Source of the DNA: a virus
Lineage: Duplodnaviria > Caudoviricetes
DNA length: 48,968 nt
Reading direction: 5' to 3' (one strand)
IMG/VR virus record: IMGVR_UViG_3300005323_000367
Location: 1 to 48,968 of that record
In this document: piece after piece, positions 9,658 through 20,052 of the stretch
How the letters are laid out: each line of letters begins with the position of its first letter
Position numbering within the stretch: the first letter of the stretch is position 1
Translations under genes and position numbers: made by a program
Notes under the pieces: model-generated
Seen by the model: the letters and a program-made list of their open reading frames with translations, nothing else
Databases searched by the model: none
What the model was told of the DNA's origin: nothing

Positions 9658-10602
9658 ATATGTTGCCTGTCCATTTACTAAAGTTACGACAATAACGGCA
9701 TTTTCTACGCTATTACGATAAAACGCCTTATATGACAATTCAACCAATACACCTTTAGGGCCGTCAATCGTGGGAGAATTTCTCTCATACATGACCTCAG
9801 GTAACTTAAATTCAAGAGAGTGCGTACCATTAGTAAGTTTAAGCGTGATTTTAGAAGTTGTGCCTGCCATTGCCTTATTAAGCAGTAATGCATCTGTAAA
9901 CAGTGCTGTAATACTGCCTGACACGCCAATAATGCCCTCGTTTACTGAGCCACGGAAACCATTACTGCCTAATACATAAGTATCACCATCAAGGCCCATA
10001 TCTAAGTTTAGGTCGCACTTTGTAACTACAGCTAGATCAACGCCATTTTCGCTGATCGATGCTTTAAATGGTGCAAATTTAGTTAAAGGAATCGGTGTTA
10101 ATGTGCTATCAAAACTTGTTGCCGAAATAGTTTCCTTCGCGCCCATAATATCAATATTTGCCGCAAGGTCACCATCTCCGCCAAAACTGATGCCAAGTTT
10201 TCCAACCTTACAACCATTGAACAGGAAATATTGATTAATGTCGGGGAATGCTTGTTCCAGCACCAGGGACGGCTGACTTAGCCCTGGCTTAAATACATGC
10301 GTGTATGGATCTGCAGATCCTGTAGTTACTGGATTACCGAAAATTGCTTTAAGCCAGTATCCTATGGCAATTTCATCAACTGGTACTGCAACGGCTCCCG
10401 ATACATCGATAAAGCCCATACTAGGTTGCGCTGGATCACGCCTGCCTGTGATTGTTTTATCTTCAGCAAGATTTTGTTTTGATCTCACTTTACTTGACTG
10501 GATTGGCATTAAAATACCGTTTGGAACAGATGGCGTGGTGTTATAGGTTGTTTCAAAATCTAACCCTAGTAAACCGCGATACCCTTGTGCCTGTTGAGCC
10601 AT
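9655..10602 (-). CDS. Major tail tube protein
   Basis: 315 aa; YTHVFKPG, LFNGCKVGKLGISF, SPTIDGPKGV motifs typical of phage tail tube proteins; synteny. Confidence 0.85.
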   Translation of the reverse strand: MAQQAQGYRGLLGLDFETTYNTTPSVPNGILMPIQSSKVRSKQNLAEDKTITGRRDPAQPSMGFIDVSGAVAVPVDEIAIGYWLKAIFGNPVTTGSADPYTHVFKPGLSQPSLVLEQAFPDINQYFLFNGCKVGKLGISFGGDGDLAANIDIMGAKETISATSFDSTLTPIPLTKFAPFKASISENGVDLAVVTKCDLNLDMGLDGDTYVLGSNGFRGSVNEGIIGVSGSITALFTDALLLNKAMAGTTSKITLKLTNGTHSLEFKLPEVMYERNSPTIDGPKGVLVELSYKAFYRNSVENAVIVVTLVNGQATY

Positions 10603-10620
10603 ATTATCAACTCCTAAAAT

Positions 10621-11100
10621 TTAATACTCTATTTTTGTACCCATTAAAACTGGTATGTTCAAAGTTAAATTCATTCTCCCTGGGTACTGGGGGAAATTAC
10701 TTGATGGGTCTATATCATAATCAATGTCGTTAACCGGATAACTTGGATTCAATTCTGCCACCGCTTCAATTATCAATTGTCCTAATGTGTCGGTTTCTAC
10801 AAGACCAGGAAAACTTATATCATCACCAATAGTCACAGGGGTTTTATTGTAAATACACCAGGCTATTGTTGCCATGTAAGTATTTTCAGGCTTTCCTGCA
10901 CCTTCTAATTTTGAGCCAGGCAGCAACACCACATAAGGGCAATCCGTTGCAACTGGTGGGGTCTTTTCGTCATATCCGTTATAAATTTTCAACGGTTTAT
11001 TATATTTGAGTAAACAAAAATCAGCTATTGCTTGATTAGCACGAATAGCTGATCTCCATTTCTCGGATATGTCAGTGATTTTAATTGTTGGTAAAAACAT
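10621..11100 (-). CDS. Tail terminator-like protein
   Basis: Size and position before tail tube; DCPYVVL motif. Confidence 0.6.
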   Translation of the reverse strand: MFLPTIKITDISEKWRSAIRANQAIADFCLLKYNKPLKIYNGYDEKTPPVATDCPYVVLLPGSKLEGAGKPENTYMATIAWCIYNKTPVTIGDDISFPGLVETDTLGQLIIEAVAELNPSYPVNDIDYDIDPSSNFPQYPGRMNLTLNIPVLMGTKIEY

Positions 11101-11145
11101 TAAACACCTCGCTTTTGGGTAATAAAAAGAACGCTTTCGCGTTCT

Positions 11146-11871
11146 TTATGCTAACTGATTTAGTTTTAAATATTCATCGTGGTACATCCAATGAAGTTTT
11201 TCACCTGTTAATAAATCTTTACCTGCTGATTTTTGTTTACCTGTGCAACAATGGCTAACTGCGTTCTGATTTATATTATAATATTTTTCTGCTTCACGCA
11301 TTGTTTTAAATACAATACCAGTTGTTATACAAATAACCTTTCTCGCTCGGTGACTATTAACTCCTGATTGAGATATACTCATTTTCTTACGCGATTCTTC
11401 AGTAAAAACCCTATCTGCTCTAGCTATACACATTTTCTTACGAGTTTCTTCTGAATGTGTCATTCCCTTTCTAACTATACTCATCTTACTGCGTGTTTCT
11501 TCTGAGCACACTCTTGCTTTTCTTGATACGCTCATCTTTTCACGCGATTCTTTTGAATATTTACGCCCTCTTTCACCACCACTAGTGAGGTTATATCCAA
11601 ATTTACGTTAAATCGATTTGTATTCTAATATTAGCTTTTTCTCTATAACACACGCTTGTTCTACGCTTAAATTATCAAATAATATTTCATGGAGAAAGTT
11701 GTCCCAACCATATTTATTAATCGCCTTAGTAAAACAATCGTTATGCGTATAGCCACTACCATTACTCCATCGTTTTTTAACCTCTATACTTGTTATGCCG
11801 ATATAAACCTTGCCATTTATTTTATTAGTATGTTTATATACTACGTGTTTTTTATCCATGCAAATCATCAA
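11146..11871 (-). pseudogene. GIY-YIG homing endonuclease with NUMOD3 repeats and NUMOD1-like C-terminus, interrupted by in-frame TAA at 11608-11610
   Basis: VVYKHTNKINGKVYIGIT; same frame continues KSI*RKFGYNLTSGG then four SxExRxKMS-type repeats and RKVICITTG. Confidence 0.88.
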
Positions 11872-11886
11872 CTCCTAATATTATTA

Positions 11887-11924
11887 TACAAAAAAGTCCA
11901 AGGACTTGCAAGGACTTTTTTGTA
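11887..11924. promoter_or_regulatory. Inverted repeat / candidate RHH operator between divergent genes
   Basis: tacaaaaaagtcc...ggacttttttgta with internal aaggactt direct repeats; TATAAT nearby. Confidence 0.55.
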
Positions 11925-11953
11925 ATGATATAATATTTTAGAGGTGATAATAA

Positions 11954-12112
11954 ATGGGTAACGATGCACTAAAAACAAGGACACCAATATCAAATGCAGT
12001 AAATACGGAATTATTAATTAAGTTAAAAGAATACTCCAAAGAAACAAGTATTCCTCTTTCAAAATTACTAGACAAATCAATAGAAATGTTTTTAAAGTCT
12101 ACTAACAAATAG
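11954..12112 (+). CDS. Ribbon-helix-helix protein (52 aa, not in ORF track)
   Basis: MGNDALKTRTPISNAVNTELLIKLKEYSKETSIPLSKLLDKSIEMFLKSTNK; RBS GAGGTG. Confidence 0.85.
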   Translation: MGNDALKTRTPISNAVNTELLIKLKEYSKETSIPLSKLLDKSIEMFLKSTNK

Positions 12113-12130
12113 TAGGCTTTTTATATTACA

Positions 12131-12670
12131 TCACATTCCTCTATTCTTATTAATATAATCCCAAATCTTATCCTCGACCATAGGTGCTATTTTAGGTTCT
12201 AATTTATTTTGCATTGGATCAAAAGTTTTACGAGCTGGGATAACCATTGCAGGTTTTGCCGACAATGGAACATTCCTTGATTTAAAATAATCACGCATTT
12301 TCTGCGTGATCGGTCTTACTTGGCCTGATTCAATTTTTTCACCGCGCTTGATCGCTGATCTAGATAACCAACCAACCGAAACTGATAAATTGCTAGGATC
12401 ATATTTCGACCTTACGGCACTTGCCATTTTACCAAGAGTGCTAAATTTCTTTTTCCCTGACTTTTCGAGTTTCGCCCTCATTTCAGCAGGCATGAATTTA
12501 GCGTATCTTACGCCACCAGGAGCACCACTTTTGATACCGTCCTTGATTTCCTTGCGAACAAATAAACCCGTTGATTGCATAGCTTTACGAGTCCATACAG
12601 GTTGATTTTTAATCATATCCTGCAAAAATGGAGTTGCGCCATCAGATATGTCTATTTTTAAGTTTGCCAT
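12131..12670 (-). CDS. Neck / tail completion protein (gpZ or HK97-gp10-like)
   Basis: Basic 179 aa protein, IPARKTFDP motif, synteny. Confidence 0.65.
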   Translation of the reverse strand: MANLKIDISDGATPFLQDMIKNQPVWTRKAMQSTGLFVRKEIKDGIKSGAPGGVRYAKFMPAEMRAKLEKSGKKKFSTLGKMASAVRSKYDPSNLSVSVGWLSRSAIKRGEKIESGQVRPITQKMRDYFKSRNVPLSAKPAMVIPARKTFDPMQNKLEPKIAPMVEDKIWDYINKNRGM

Positions 12671-13023
12671 TACATTACGCTCTCATTTGAGGTGCACTCA
12701 ATACGATAAGTACCAGGAGATTGATCTGTAATGTGGGCATAATTCCAAGTTTTATTTTTATATTGGATAATGTCTCCTGATTGCGGTTTAATGATAACTT
12801 CAAGCACTGATCCATCTGGTTGAACTATTGAGTTTGATTCCTGCACCTCAAAAAATGCCCTATCAGATGAACCTTGCTGACTAAAAGTATTCCCCTTGGC
12901 GTTATCTTCACCAATTTCTACAATAGCTGTAATTTCGGTGCCATTATATGAAATCACTTCGGCGTGTTCGTTAGTATTAAAAAAAAATGATAAATCGGAT
13001 ATTATTTGATCTTTTAGTGCCAT
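12670..13023 (-). CDS. Head-tail joining protein (gpFII-like)
   Basis: LKDQIISDLSFFFNTNEHAE N-terminus; synteny. Confidence 0.65.
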   Translation of the reverse strand: MALKDQIISDLSFFFNTNEHAEVISYNGTEITAIVEIGEDNAKGNTFSQQGSSDRAFFEVQESNSIVQPDGSVLEVIIKPQSGDIIQYKNKTWNYAHITDQSPGTYRIECTSNESVM

Positions 13024-13090
13024 AAAAATACCACCTTAAAAAACTAGAGGGGAAAAATCCCCTCTAAAAACTATCTATTGATTTCACATA

Positions 13091-13438
13091 TTAGCAGTAG
13101 TTTAACGAAATACGACCAACGGTTGTCGCAGAAGCCTTGGCTGCAATAACCATACCCATACGCGCATTACTAGTAGCTGTTTTTGTTCCTTTATTGTTTG
13201 TATCATCCCAATAAATTACATCACCGATTGCCCACGCAACACCAGTTTCAGCTACCACATCACCCTGCCCAGTGGTTGCTAGTGCCCCATCATAACCATT
13301 AGTAATGCTCGTTTTAGCAACCCCTACGGCAGTTGTACCGAAAGGAACAACATCACCAACCGCTATATCGGCCGTAGCTGTATAATCTACGGTGTTACCT
13401 CCAAGTCTTTCCTGAGTAAAAATAAATTGTTTTGACAT
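13091..13438 (-). CDS. DUF2190-family capsid cement/decoration protein
   Basis: IAVGDVV, WAIGDVIYWDDTN motifs; follows capsid gene. Confidence 0.8.
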   Translation of the reverse strand: MSKQFIFTQERLGGNTVDYTATADIAVGDVVPFGTTAVGVAKTSITNGYDGALATTGQGDVVAETGVAWAIGDVIYWDDTNNKGTKTATSNARMGMVIAAKASATTVGRISLNYC

Positions 13439-13482
13439 TTTTATACTCCTCCTATTTCATTAATAATTGAAAAGATGGGCAA

Positions 13483-15462
13483 TTAAGCACCAGCATTTTT
13501 ATATACCCCACGATAATCAAGAGCCTTACAACCAACATCAATACGAACTTTCATTTCAAGACCGTCAACATCAAAACCAATACGTTGTTCTTGGTAAGGA
13601 GTACGCTGACCGTTTAAGAATGCTACCTCCACCGTATCGATTTGACCAGGATCGGCAGCTAAGAACCAAGAAGTTAACGAACTTTCATCAAGCGTAGCAT
13701 CCACGATAGGAGTTAATTCGGTAAACGGATTGTAAGCTACTCCGCTTGCAAGTGCAGGATCAAATGCAGAACGAATCACTTGCATGGCCGCTAATTCAAG
13801 TTGAGCAGGAATAATTAAGAACTTAGGTACGATATTTAGAGTCGCTTTACCTTGTAATGCTTTTTGTTTACGCATTGCGGCGCGCGCCTTGCCTAGACTG
13901 TCGACTGTAATGGCGGCTGCTGTCCCTGCAAGATTATTGTGACCTGTTGCAAATAAAGCTGTCCCATCAGCCATTAACGGATTGCCTGTTAAAATAGCAT
14001 ATACAAGAGCATTTACCTTCCTTGCGGCGGCTGCTCCGAATAATGCAGGGATTCGAGAAATTACACTAAGATCATCATTAATGATCGTTTGGCGGCTCAC
14101 ACAAAACTTTTTACCATAAGTGAGAATCTTGTACTTTTCGCCACTTTCAGCAAATTCAGCAGCTTTATATTCGCCACCTTCATTGATCTGATCAAGATCA
14201 GCAGCTTCTGAAAATTGAGGTCTGGACATTTCTTTGAAATCTACTGCATCAGCGAACTGGCACCATTGTTGGTAAGTAGTAGGTACTTCCGTATATGCTT
14301 TTTGTAGCACCTTATTGGCAACGTTGGCTAAAATAATAGGGAAATCGGAAGTCCCTTGACCACGAAGAGAAATATTCCTTTCTCCTGCACTAAATAATGC
14401 TTTTTCAGCTACTTCGCGCTTATCCTTACCACGGGTTTTTTCGCCAGAACGTTCAAGAGTTGCGCTAGCTAGATCATACAATGAATATCCACGAAGTTCA
14501 TTAGCACCCGGCGACAATTTATCAGGTGATGATCCGCAACGCATCATCAAAGCATCTTCAGCAGCAGCGCGGAATTTTTCAGCATCTTCTAGTCCGACTT
14601 GAATGTCATCACTCGATGGCGTTCTAACGCTTCCTTCTGGTGGTTTTACTTGCAGTTTACGAATAATATCGGCATTAATCATGGCTAAACTTTGATTTGA
14701 CCTGATATATTCGTCAGCATCAAGTTTAAGATCGGGGAAAGAACGGCATAAAGCGTTAATTTCTAAAGCCCTCTCTTGAATTTCTTTTGCGATTACTGCA
14801 CGCTCCAATTCTTTTTCCTGTGCGATTTGTTCAGTTGTTTTCATATTTTCACCACTCCTATTTTCTTCTTCAATAAGTTCCTCGGTTTCATTAATTACTG
14901 GATCGGTAGGGGGCTCTTCATCTTCAGTATCCGATTCGCTTCTACCAACTCCGACACTGGGATCAGCTGCAGTAGGTTCTAGAGATATCTCTAAAATCTC
15001 CCAATCTACAGCAATATCACAAGGGCCAGTAAATCCTCTGACCGTTGCACCGTTTTTTACCTCCATCCAAGCGTTAACTTTATAGCCAATAGATACCCCT
15101 TTAATACTGCCATTCTCAACTTTTGATTTCATAATTTGAGATTTTTCATCAGCATCAAAGGAACATTTTGCTTTAACGCGACGATCACTATCGAGATAAA
15201 TGTCTACAATTGGGCCTAGTGGCATAACGCCATATACAGGATCACGCCCATGGGCAAAAAGAAAAGAACCTACCGCTTTGGCACGTTCCAAATTAACTTC
15301 ACCCGGATTATGTCCTAATATTTCATTGCCCCACCATCGTCTTACTGGCGTTTCAGACGAACAACTTAATTCAATTGTTCCATCTTCATTGGTTTTTCTT
15401 TCAATGAGTTCTAAATAACGATACTCCATTTTACTGTTATCACGTTTTTTCTGCTTCGGCAA
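13483..15462 (-). CDS. Fused prohead protease and major capsid protein
   Basis: N-terminal HK97-type protease (SSETPV, FLFAH, GVSIGY, EISLEPTAADPSVGVGRS) plus gpT-like capsid domain (TSDFPIILANVANK, IINDDLS, DYRGVYKNAG); TTG start with GAGGAGG. Confidence 0.9.
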   Translation of the reverse strand: MPKQKKRDNSKMEYRYLELIERKTNEDGTIELSCSSETPVRRWWGNEILGHNPGEVNLERAKAVGSFLFAHGRDPVYGVMPLGPIVDIYLDSDRRVKAKCSFDADEKSQIMKSKVENGSIKGVSIGYKVNAWMEVKNGATVRGFTGPCDIAVDWEILEISLEPTAADPSVGVGRSESDTEDEEPPTDPVINETEELIEEENRSGENMKTTEQIAQEKELERAVIAKEIQERALEINALCRSFPDLKLDADEYIRSNQSLAMINADIIRKLQVKPPEGSVRTPSSDDIQVGLEDAEKFRAAAEDALMMRCGSSPDKLSPGANELRGYSLYDLASATLERSGEKTRGKDKREVAEKALFSAGERNISLRGQGTSDFPIILANVANKVLQKAYTEVPTTYQQWCQFADAVDFKEMSRPQFSEAADLDQINEGGEYKAAEFAESGEKYKILTYGKKFCVSRQTIINDDLSVISRIPALFGAAAARKVNALVYAILTGNPLMADGTALFATGHNNLAGTAAAITVDSLGKARAAMRKQKALQGKATLNIVPKFLIIPAQLELAAMQVIRSAFDPALASGVAYNPFTELTPIVDATLDESSLTSWFLAADPGQIDTVEVAFLNGQRTPYQEQRIGFDVDGLEMKVRIDVGCKALDYRGVYKNAGA

Positions 15463-16915
15463 TTTTCGGCACCTCCTCTATTATTAAATTATTTTCCTTG
15501 AGATATTTAATTTCCCTGGCCCGTTGTTTAGCAACATCGCGCCAATCCTTGCCCTGCTCTGCACAAATTTCCTCTAGCGTAGCTATATTATTAGCCAGTT
15601 CTTTTTCGCTAGCTGTAGCATCACGCAGAGGATCAATCCATGTCCAACCTGGGGGAATAAACGTGTGATCAAAATACCTATCTTTATCCTGCCAAAAATT
15701 TTTTATAGGTAGTTCCCCAGATAAAACAACGGTTTCTAGCCAACTTTCATATATCTCATTACAGAAATGCTCGATTAGCCAATCCTGTAATGGTTCATAT
15801 GTACGCCTGTCCTCTAGCATTCCTTGCCTAGCGCTAGAATAACTTACTTGCGATACGTCACGGCTGATTTGCTCGTAACTTATGCCTTGCCCACTGCCAA
15901 CTAATCGCTGCTGTTGCTGGACAAATTCCTTTGTATTTGTCGGTATTTTGCCCGGATCAGCAACTACAATTTCTTCACCAGGCGCAAGATATTCAAACAT
16001 TCCAGGCTCAATGGTATCTATTTTTTGACTATTTACGGATTGCAGGGAGTTCATTCTGCCACCAGGCATAGAATTTATTGATGATTTTACAAAAATAGCA
16101 AAGCAAGCGGCAATTCTGGCTTTAACCCTTTCTGCTTCTAGGTATTCTCCAGCGTCTCGAATAGCCCCCATGGAGCTCGCTAAGGGAGAAACACCCCTTA
16201 CCTGAGTAGGTCTATGTCGCGGGTACATATGGATAACATCTTTAGCCGGTATTCGTATTGATTCATAACTGAAATAATAATTATCAGCTAAATCTTTAAA
16301 AAACCAGTACGCTAACGGCTTATTATAATCATCAACTTCAATACCAGACTTAACACGATTACCACTATCTCCAAATTCTCGCGTAGTGTCCAGCTGGTCA
16401 GATTCAAGCAATTGCAACTGCAGAGGCATTGCTAAGGAATAATCATATTTTTTAAGAATAAAAAAATCACCGTCAACAATGTTACGGCGAATAATCATTC
16501 TTAACATCTCTTTAAACGACGCCTGATTAGAAATATCACAGTTTTTAGACTTACACCATTTTTTCCATTTCTTTTCAATCAGTGTATTTAAATCTTCATC
16601 TTCATCACCACTTAAATCCTTAACCCTTGCCTGCAGGTTATATCCTCGACCAACTACATTACGTTCAAATGCAGATATAACCGACTTAGCTATATCATTA
16701 TTACGCTCAAGATCACGCGCCCTAAATAATATCTTACGTCTGTACGGCATATCAGTTTGTTCAGCGGTGCCACTCATTGGGTTCCAGTTTCCTGACAACC
16801 TATCTGATTTTGATGCATCATAGTTGCGGTACTCTTTAAGTGTCTTGCGGTGCACTTCACGCTGTAAAGCTTGCTCGGGATTAATCCACTCAATCAACTT
16901 ATCAATTATATTCAA
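15440..16915 (-). CDS. Lambda-family portal protein
   Basis: RARDLERNN, QVRGVSPLA, SYSSARQG, WIDPLRD motifs. Confidence 0.93.
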   Translation of the reverse strand: MNIIDKLIEWINPEQALQREVHRKTLKEYRNYDASKSDRLSGNWNPMSGTAEQTDMPYRRKILFRARDLERNNDIAKSVISAFERNVVGRGYNLQARVKDLSGDEDEDLNTLIEKKWKKWCKSKNCDISNQASFKEMLRMIIRRNIVDGDFFILKKYDYSLAMPLQLQLLESDQLDTTREFGDSGNRVKSGIEVDDYNKPLAYWFFKDLADNYYFSYESIRIPAKDVIHMYPRHRPTQVRGVSPLASSMGAIRDAGEYLEAERVKARIAACFAIFVKSSINSMPGGRMNSLQSVNSQKIDTIEPGMFEYLAPGEEIVVADPGKIPTNTKEFVQQQQRLVGSGQGISYEQISRDVSQVSYSSARQGMLEDRRTYEPLQDWLIEHFCNEIYESWLETVVLSGELPIKNFWQDKDRYFDHTFIPPGWTWIDPLRDATASEKELANNIATLEEICAEQGKDWRDVAKQRAREIKYLKENNLIIEEVPKIAEAEKT

Positions 16916-16932
16916 ATTTTAATCACCACCTT

Positions 16933-17136
16933 TCACCGTGTTGGCCATCTTGCGTATGCCCTTGTTGACGTGTTATTCTCTTGGCTAACTAAAAATTCAA
17001 GTCGTTGGCGTTCTTTTATTAATGTGTCGAGTTGAGCTTTTTTCGCCATGCGACCACTTACGCTATATTCTTGCGCTCCTGTGAGAATTGCTGATATGGC
17101 AGTGTTTATTTCATCTAGTTGCTGTTGGTATGTCAT
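16933..17136 (-). CDS. Head-tail adaptor gpW-like
   Basis: 67 aa, AISAILTGAQEYSVSGR; directly upstream of portal. Confidence 0.8.
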   Translation of the reverse strand: MTYQQQLDEINTAISAILTGAQEYSVSGRMAKKAQLDTLIKERQRLEFLVSQENNTSTRAYARWPTR

Positions 17137-17704
17137 TTTTCACCAACTCCTTAGTTGTTAATTTCAAAATAGTGAATGGTCCTCTAACTCCTGCACTGAA
17201 ATATTCAGCGGATGATAATGCTTGTTTTACAATATTTTCTGCAACATCATCTGATTTAGATAATAAAAATAACGAACCTAATGCAAATTCTTCTCCACAT
17301 CCACAACTATCGTAATTGTCAACTGTTTCTGCTACTTGGTAATCACCTTGAACGCTAAAGAGCCTGCCCTTAAATCCGACTAAAAAATATCCTCCGCATT
17401 CCTCGCCCTTGTCATTCTGAGCATATCCACCATCCTTGAGGCATTGGCGTAAGGAATCAACAAATTGAGTACACATATACTGAAATACGTCTCCATGCAT
17501 CTCAAAAATATATTTAGGCGGAGTAAATTTATATTGAATTAATTGCCCCATGCGAAACGATGATGTAAACCCTATAATAAATTCACCATTAATAAACACT
17601 TTTTTATCAAGTCTAGTTCTTTGTTTTAAATCACTATTAGTTCCAGCAGAATCTGCCCCTATATAAATACCATCATCCGCAATAAATCCAACAACACACG
17701 TCAT
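17111..17704 (-). CDS. HslV/proteasome-beta-like Ntn hydrolase
   Basis: M-TCVVG N-terminal Thr, IYIGADS, K ~33 residues in, GCGEEFALGSL (GSG-like). Confidence 0.7.
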   Translation of the reverse strand: MTCVVGFIADDGIYIGADSAGTNSDLKQRTRLDKKVFINGEFIIGFTSSFRMGQLIQYKFTPPKYIFEMHGDVFQYMCTQFVDSLRQCLKDGGYAQNDKGEECGGYFLVGFKGRLFSVQGDYQVAETVDNYDSCGCGEEFALGSLFLLSKSDDVAENIVKQALSSAEYFSAGVRGPFTILKLTTKELVKNDIPTATR

Positions 17705-17708
17705 TTTA

Positions 17709-19598
17709 TCAACTCCTTAACCAATTACTAGGTTTTCTTACCCAATTATTTTCTTTTTTAGGTTCTTCTCGCCCTTGTTGCACATATTCACTTTTCTGCA
17801 AATATCTCACTCCGCATAATTCAGCAGCAAGCGCAACATTAACCTCAACGTCAAGCATATGATTTTGCGCATGACTACTAATCTTTTCCCACTTATGAGA
17901 TATTGTTTCTCCCGCTTTATTTTTTTCCTCGACTTTGTGTTCGGCAATTATTTGATCGGCATATTGTTTATCTATATCACTCGGAAGCATCCATGCCCCA
18001 GGATTATTAACGTCTCTCTCAATTCTCCCTGCAATGAAATCTTTAAATTGATTTGGGTCAAAAACATATAGAATAAGATCACGTGCAATATCTTTTTCGA
18101 TTCTCGACTGTATATATCTTGCTCTCAATGCTTTGGATGATCCTTTAGTTGGTACGCAAATATCTTGGTTATACGCACAAAATTTATAAACTTCATCTGT
18201 GTTATATCCAGAATCGATACACGCTTTAGATATATACAGCGTCTCCCCAGTCTCATTATCGGGGTACGCTCTTCGTAATATATTTTCAACTTCATCCCAT
18301 GTTTCAGCTCGTCCATAGTCAACTAACCATGACGTTAAGTCTGGCCCCCATGCGCGAACTCCCCACCAAAAATGATTTAATTGAACGTCTACACCAGCAA
18401 CTAATAATTGAGCATCTTGATGAACTCTGCCGCGTAAATAATTGATACGATTATTCATAATAGTATCAGAGCTGTATTTTTTTGATTTTTGTTCCCATGG
18501 TTCAGCTAACCAGGAGTTTATGAAATTCATCAAATCTGCAGGATTGTCTTTTGAGTCTAAAAATTCTTTAGCTATACGACCAAAACTAACAAATGGACTA
18601 TATATAGAATTTAAGTGATAAGCGACTGTTCTAACGCGACCAACTGGCTTATTCTCTGCTTTCCACTCGCCAAGTCGAAGCATTGTCTGCTTATGCCCAT
18701 CATTAATTTTACCTTTACAGTGAGCACATTCGTACCAAGCGGAATCTTCCGCAAGTTTTGGATTGTCTTTTATTTCTTCTGGCCATTTTACACCGCCAGA
18801 CTCTCCTCTTTTTGTAGGACGAAAAACTAATGGTTGCATCACTTTACAGTGTGGACATGGAACATGGTATTTATAACGAACATCAGCGTTTAAATATGCT
18901 GGCCAGATGTTTTTATTTTTAGTAACAGGAGTTGAAGCATCCACAATTTTTTTATTATGTGGAAACACTTTAGTACGTTCCTCAGTGAGTTTCATTGGAC
19001 TAGCTTCATCACCAGCCCATTTTTCATATTTATCAACTTCATCTCTAATTAGATAGCGTATTGGTCTTGACGCTGTTTGAGATGGAGAATTAGCACTAAC
19101 TAAAGCAATAAACATATCATCAAGATCAAGTTCAAGCATTTTACTTCGCGTATTAAATTTCCTAGCAATTGATTCTGTTGATAATATCATTGGTTGTATA
19201 CGGCGAGTACTAGAAAATTCTGCTGTTTTCTCCTCGGGGTATACAATCATCATTGGACCCGGGTCTTGATCAGTAGCGTAACCGATCATATTGTTAAGAC
19301 ATTCTGTTTTAGCAGCTTGGGAACCCCATACTAATATAATCCGTTCGATTTCTTTATCAGCGAAAGCATTCATTGGTTCACGCGTATATGGAGTAAAACT
19401 AGTTCTCCACTTACCAGGTTTAGAACTAATCAAATCAAGAACTCTATTTTTATCTGCCCATTCACTTACGGTAAGTCGTTCAGGTGGTTTAAGTGCTAAT
19501 CTAAATGCAAGAGGAAATTCGAAATCATTTTTTTGTTTTCTTGTTTTTCTTATAGTGGCTGGTATTAAAGAGTTGTTCAAGGAGATCGTAGACGGCAT
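17709..19598 (-). CDS. Terminase large subunit, gpA family
   Basis: GSQAAKT Walker A variant, LIRDEVD, VPCPHC, AGVDVQ, NHMLDVE. Confidence 0.95.
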   Translation of the reverse strand: MPSTISLNNSLIPATIRKTRKQKNDFEFPLAFRLALKPPERLTVSEWADKNRVLDLISSKPGKWRTSFTPYTREPMNAFADKEIERIILVWGSQAAKTECLNNMIGYATDQDPGPMMIVYPEEKTAEFSSTRRIQPMILSTESIARKFNTRSKMLELDLDDMFIALVSANSPSQTASRPIRYLIRDEVDKYEKWAGDEASPMKLTEERTKVFPHNKKIVDASTPVTKNKNIWPAYLNADVRYKYHVPCPHCKVMQPLVFRPTKRGESGGVKWPEEIKDNPKLAEDSAWYECAHCKGKINDGHKQTMLRLGEWKAENKPVGRVRTVAYHLNSIYSPFVSFGRIAKEFLDSKDNPADLMNFINSWLAEPWEQKSKKYSSDTIMNNRINYLRGRVHQDAQLLVAGVDVQLNHFWWGVRAWGPDLTSWLVDYGRAETWDEVENILRRAYPDNETGETLYISKACIDSGYNTDEVYKFCAYNQDICVPTKGSSKALRARYIQSRIEKDIARDLILYVFDPNQFKDFIAGRIERDVNNPGAWMLPSDIDKQYADQIIAEHKVEEKNKAGETISHKWEKISSHAQNHMLDVEVNVALAAELCGVRYLQKSEYVQQGREEPKKENNWVRKPSNWLRS

Positions 19599-20052
19599 CA
19601 GTCAACACTTTCTCTACTGATCTCATATCGAGATGAGCAAGTTCCGGTGACATTGTTTTTGCCCATAACATTAAGTTGTTCTTTAGTTGATTTCCTACTA
19701 CTGACCATTGCCTGTCCACCTCCTCCTTGCTAATAAATTCGCTTTTTAATACCGCCAATGATATTTCTTCTTTTTCAGCCTTGCGTTCTCGATAATCAGC
19801 ATCAGCTTTTAACTTTCTGGCCTCATCGCTAGGCTTATCTTGATCACCAGCACTTTTCCCTAACCATTCCATAAGTTTTTGCGGGCTCCACCATCCCCGC
19901 GATTCTTTTGGAGCTCCACGTTTAGCCCAGTCAATTAATGTGCGTGGCGTGACATTAAAATGTTTTGCTGTCATTTCCGAATTGAGAAGAAAAGATTCGC
20001 CTTCAATCTTCATCCATGAAGGCACATTACTACTAGTTTTTTTAGTTTTCAT
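19525..20052 (-). CDS. Terminase small subunit (Nu1-like)
   Basis: N-terminal wHTH (AKHFNVTPRTLIDWAKRGAP) plus coiled coil; overlaps large subunit. Confidence 0.85.
   Translation of the reverse strand: MKTKKTSSNVPSWMKIEGESFLLNSEMTAKHFNVTPRTLIDWAKRGAPKESRGWWSPQKLMEWLGKSAGDQDKPSDEARKLKADADYRERKAEKEEISLAVLKSEFISKEEVDRQWSVVGNQLKNNLMLWAKTMSPELAHLDMRSVEKVLTDAVYDLLEQLFNTSHYKKNKKTKK

Noticed and set aside
11380-11560. About 51-bp periodic repeats as a non-coding array
   Set aside because: Explained by NUMOD3 protein repeats of the endonuclease
11608-11610. Stop-codon recoding or alternative genetic code
   Set aside because: Single in-frame TAA; TAA terminates many other genes normally
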